Positions 61,972-64,000 of a stretch of DNA of 64,000 nt are shown here, in pieces (within the stretch, counting starts at the first letter, position 1; each line of letters starts with the position of its first letter). The notes under the pieces are model-generated. The model was given only the letters and a program-made list of their open reading frames with translations, did no database searches and was not told the DNA's origin. The position numbers were made by a program, and so were the translations under genes. Origin of the DNA: Acholeplasmataceae bacterium (GTDB taxonomy: Bacteria > Bacillota_I > Bacilli_A > Acholeplasmatales > Acholeplasmataceae); assembly GCA_963675245.1 (NCBI GenBank), contig OY775910.1, positions 1,280,001 through 1,344,000 of the forward strand, given 5' to 3'.

Positions 61972-63291
61972 ATGAAATCAATGACATCAGGTAAACTTGC
62001 ATCACTTGCCGTTAGTGCAAGTCAAAAACCAGTACAACAAGCGTTAAAGCGTGTGCTTTATGCCAATGATATTCAGACGGCTATTCAAAAACAAGAACGC
62101 ATTCCAGCCAATCAGTTTGTGTTTTCAAATGAGATTAAAACATTACCGGTAGCAAACCAAAAAGCAAGCGGTCGTTGTTGGATCTTTGCAGGTCTAAATG
62201 TCCTGCGTGAATTAGTCGCAAATAAATATCAATTAACGTCCTTTGAATTCTCACAAAACTATACAGCTTTTTATGACAAACTCGAAAAAATTAATTACTT
62301 TATTGAATCCATTGATGATTTTTTAGAAGTTGATCAAGATGACAGAACCTTGCAACACATTTTAAAAAATGGTATTCAAGATGGTGGTCAATGGGATATG
62401 TTCGTAAGTCTTATAGAAAAATATGGGGTTGTTCCTAAAGCATATATGGAAGAGACGGTCTCATCTTCAAAAACAAGACCTATGAATCAGATCATTAATT
62501 TTAAGTTAAGACAATATGCTGCTAATGCGAGAAAGCTACATAAAGAAAGAAAATCATTAGACGTATTAAAAGAGAAAACACTCGATGAACTTTATACATT
62601 TTTAGTGACAGCATTTGGTGAACCACCAAGCGTCTTTGATTTCAATTATGTGAATAAAAATAATGAATATCAAGTGATTAAAAATTTAACACCTCAAAGC
62701 TTTTATAAAGAGGCAGTTGGTCTTGATTTAAATCATTACGTTTCCGTGATAAATGCACCAACAAACGATAAACCTTATATGCATTCATACACGGTTTCAT
62801 ATTTAGGTAATGTTGTTGGTGGTAAAGACATTAAATATTTAAATGTTGATATGAAACGATTAAAATCACTAGTCATTGCGCAATTAGATGCAAAAGAAGT
62901 GGTATGGTTTGGATCAGATGTTGGACGCTATGGTGATCGTACACTAGGTGTGTGGGATTCAGAGTATTATGATGATACATTACTCGGTATGGATATGAGT
63001 ATGAGTAAAGAAGATCAGTTAGATTATGCGCAAAGCTTAATGACACACGCGATGGTGATTACAGGTGTTCATTTAGATGACAATCAACCTGTTCGTTTTA
63101 AGATTCAAAATAGTTGGGGAGATACAACAGGCAATAAAGGTTACTATTTGGCATCTGATGCTTGGTTTGATCAATTTGTTTATCAAGCAGTCATTCATAA
63201 GAAATATTTATCTAAAGAAGAATTAATAGCATTTGAAGAAGAACCTAAGGTCTTAAAACCATGGGATCCAATGGGTGCTTTAGCCGACTAA
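61972..63291 (+). CDS. pepC: Aminopeptidase C / bleomycin hydrolase (peptidase C1B)
   Basis: NQKASGRCW, DGGQWDM, THAM, QNSWG, PWDPMGALA. Confidence 0.96.
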   Translation: MKSMTSGKLASLAVSASQKPVQQALKRVLYANDIQTAIQKQERIPANQFVFSNEIKTLPVANQKASGRCWIFAGLNVLRELVANKYQLTSFEFSQNYTAFYDKLEKINYFIESIDDFLEVDQDDRTLQHILKNGIQDGGQWDMFVSLIEKYGVVPKAYMEETVSSSKTRPMNQIINFKLRQYAANARKLHKERKSLDVLKEKTLDELYTFLVTAFGEPPSVFDFNYVNKNNEYQVIKNLTPQSFYKEAVGLDLNHYVSVINAPTNDKPYMHSYTVSYLGNVVGGKDIKYLNVDMKRLKSLVIAQLDAKEVVWFGSDVGRYGDRTLGVWDSEYYDDTLLGMDMSMSKEDQLDYAQSLMTHAMVITGVHLDDNQPVRFKIQNSWGDTTGNKGYYLASDAWFDQFVYQAVIHKKYLSKEELIAFEEEPKVLKPWDPMGALAD

Positions 63292-63300
63292 AAAAAGTAG

Positions 63301-63330
63301 AGCCTAATCGTCGAATTAGGCTTTTCTTTT
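63301..63330 (+). terminator. Intrinsic terminator after pepC
   Basis: AGCCTAAT-CGTCGA-ATTAGGCT followed by TTTCTTTT. Confidence 0.8.
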
Positions 63331-63364
63331 GTGTCAATGGCTGTTATAATAAGTTTGCCAAATA

Positions 63365-63441
63365 CGGGACGTGGCGCAGCTTGGTAGCGCACTTGCATGG
63401 GGTGCAAGGGGTCGCAAGTTCAAATCTTGTCGTCCCGACCA
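63365..63441 (+). tRNA. tRNA-Pro (anticodon GGG), CCA encoded
   Basis: Cloverleaf: acceptor CGGGACG/CGTCCCG-ACCA, D arm GCGC/GCGC, anticodon stem CTTGC/GCAAG with loop ATGGGGT, T loop TTCAAAT; extended -10 TGTTATAAT upstream. Confidence 0.95.
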
Positions 63442-63449
63442 TTAAAATC

Positions 63450-63475
63450 AAGAGACATAAGTCTCTTTTCTTTTT
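63450..63475 (+). terminator. Terminator after tRNA-Pro
   Basis: AAGAGAC-ATAA-GTCTCTTTTCTTTTT. Confidence 0.75.
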
Positions 63476-63518
63476 CTAGAGTCTTTAATCGTGCTAAAAT
63501 AAGGGAGAAGGAGATGAT

Positions 63519-64000
63519 ATGATGTCTTTATATGATTTTGAAATCAAACGCAATGATGGCGCATTAACATCGCTTAATGACTATAAGGGAAAAGTGTTGC
63601 TTATTGTTAATACAGCAACACACTGTGGATTCACACCACAATATGAAGGATTGGAACATCTTTATCAAACATATCATGATCAAGGTTTTGAAGTTTTAGA
63701 TTTTCCAAGTAACCAATTCGCAAAACAAGCACCTGAATCTGACGAAGAAATTAATACGATATGTGAACTTACTTATCATACGACATTTCCAAGATTTGCT
63801 AAAATCGATGTGAATGGTAAACATGAAGATCCATTATTTTCATATTTAAAAAAACATAGTCCAGTCGAACTAAATGCACAATTAAAAAAAGAGAAAAAAC
63901 TATCAAAGTTATTGTTTGGAGAACGCATCAAATGGAATTTTACGAAGTTTTTAGTCAATCAACAAGGTGATGTTGTAGCAAGGTTTTCACCTCAAGTGAA
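63519..64000 (+). CDS. Glutathione peroxidase family protein (3'-partial, absent from the ORF track)
   Basis: Manual translation: GKVLLIVNTATHCGFTPQYEGL, FPSNQF, IKWNFTKFLV; catalytic Cys is TGT; AAGGAG RBS; runs off the window. Confidence 0.93.
   Translation, partial: MMSLYDFEIKRNDGALTSLNDYKGKVLLIVNTATHCGFTPQYEGLEHLYQTYHDQGFEVLDFPSNQFAKQAPESDEEINTICELTYHTTFPRFAKIDVNGKHEDPLFSYLKKHSPVELNAQLKKEKKLSKLLFGERIKWNFTKFLVNQQGDVVARFSPQV

Noticed and set aside
63261..63479. 72-aa ORF after pepC as a possible fifth gene of the jet operon
   Set aside because: It runs through a terminator and the tRNA-Pro gene; spurious.
63519..64000. Selenocysteine-containing glutathione peroxidase
   Set aside because: The active-site codon is TGT (Cys), not TGA.

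Overview
This is an AT-rich, gene-dense chromosomal window. It uses UGA as a stop codon, encodes RF2 and shows no cell-wall genes. The gene set and protein styles point to a free-living Mollicute (Acholeplasmatales/Izemoplasmatales-like); this taxonomy is an inference. Most of the window is housekeeping: proS plus a complete V/A-type ATPase operon, EF-G2, hpf, sodA, rqcH, gmk-rpoZ, uvrC, rnj, guaBA behind a guanine riboswitch, coaD, a fused trehalose-6-P synthase/phosphatase, a znuACB-zur zinc uptake unit, the rimP-nusA-infB-rbfA operon, priA-fmt, metK behind a SAM-I-like riboswitch, secA-prfB-ctpA-recX, tRNA-Pro(GGG) and a partial glutathione peroxidase. I saw no transposase, integrase, prophage or CRISPR array. 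Three things stand out. (1) A Wadjet/MksBEF-like jetABC SMC operon has no jetD nuclease; an intact cysteine aminopeptidase (pepC) sits in the fourth position, 11 nt downstream. (2) An unannotated, rod-like structured RNA of about 220 nt follows a near-consensus promoter at the head of the proS/V-ATPase gene run. (3) A cluster of small two-TM proteins flanks that RNA, two of which share a nearly invariant 22-aa N-terminal motif. All protein calls come from recognising motifs and synteny by eye; no database searches were run.
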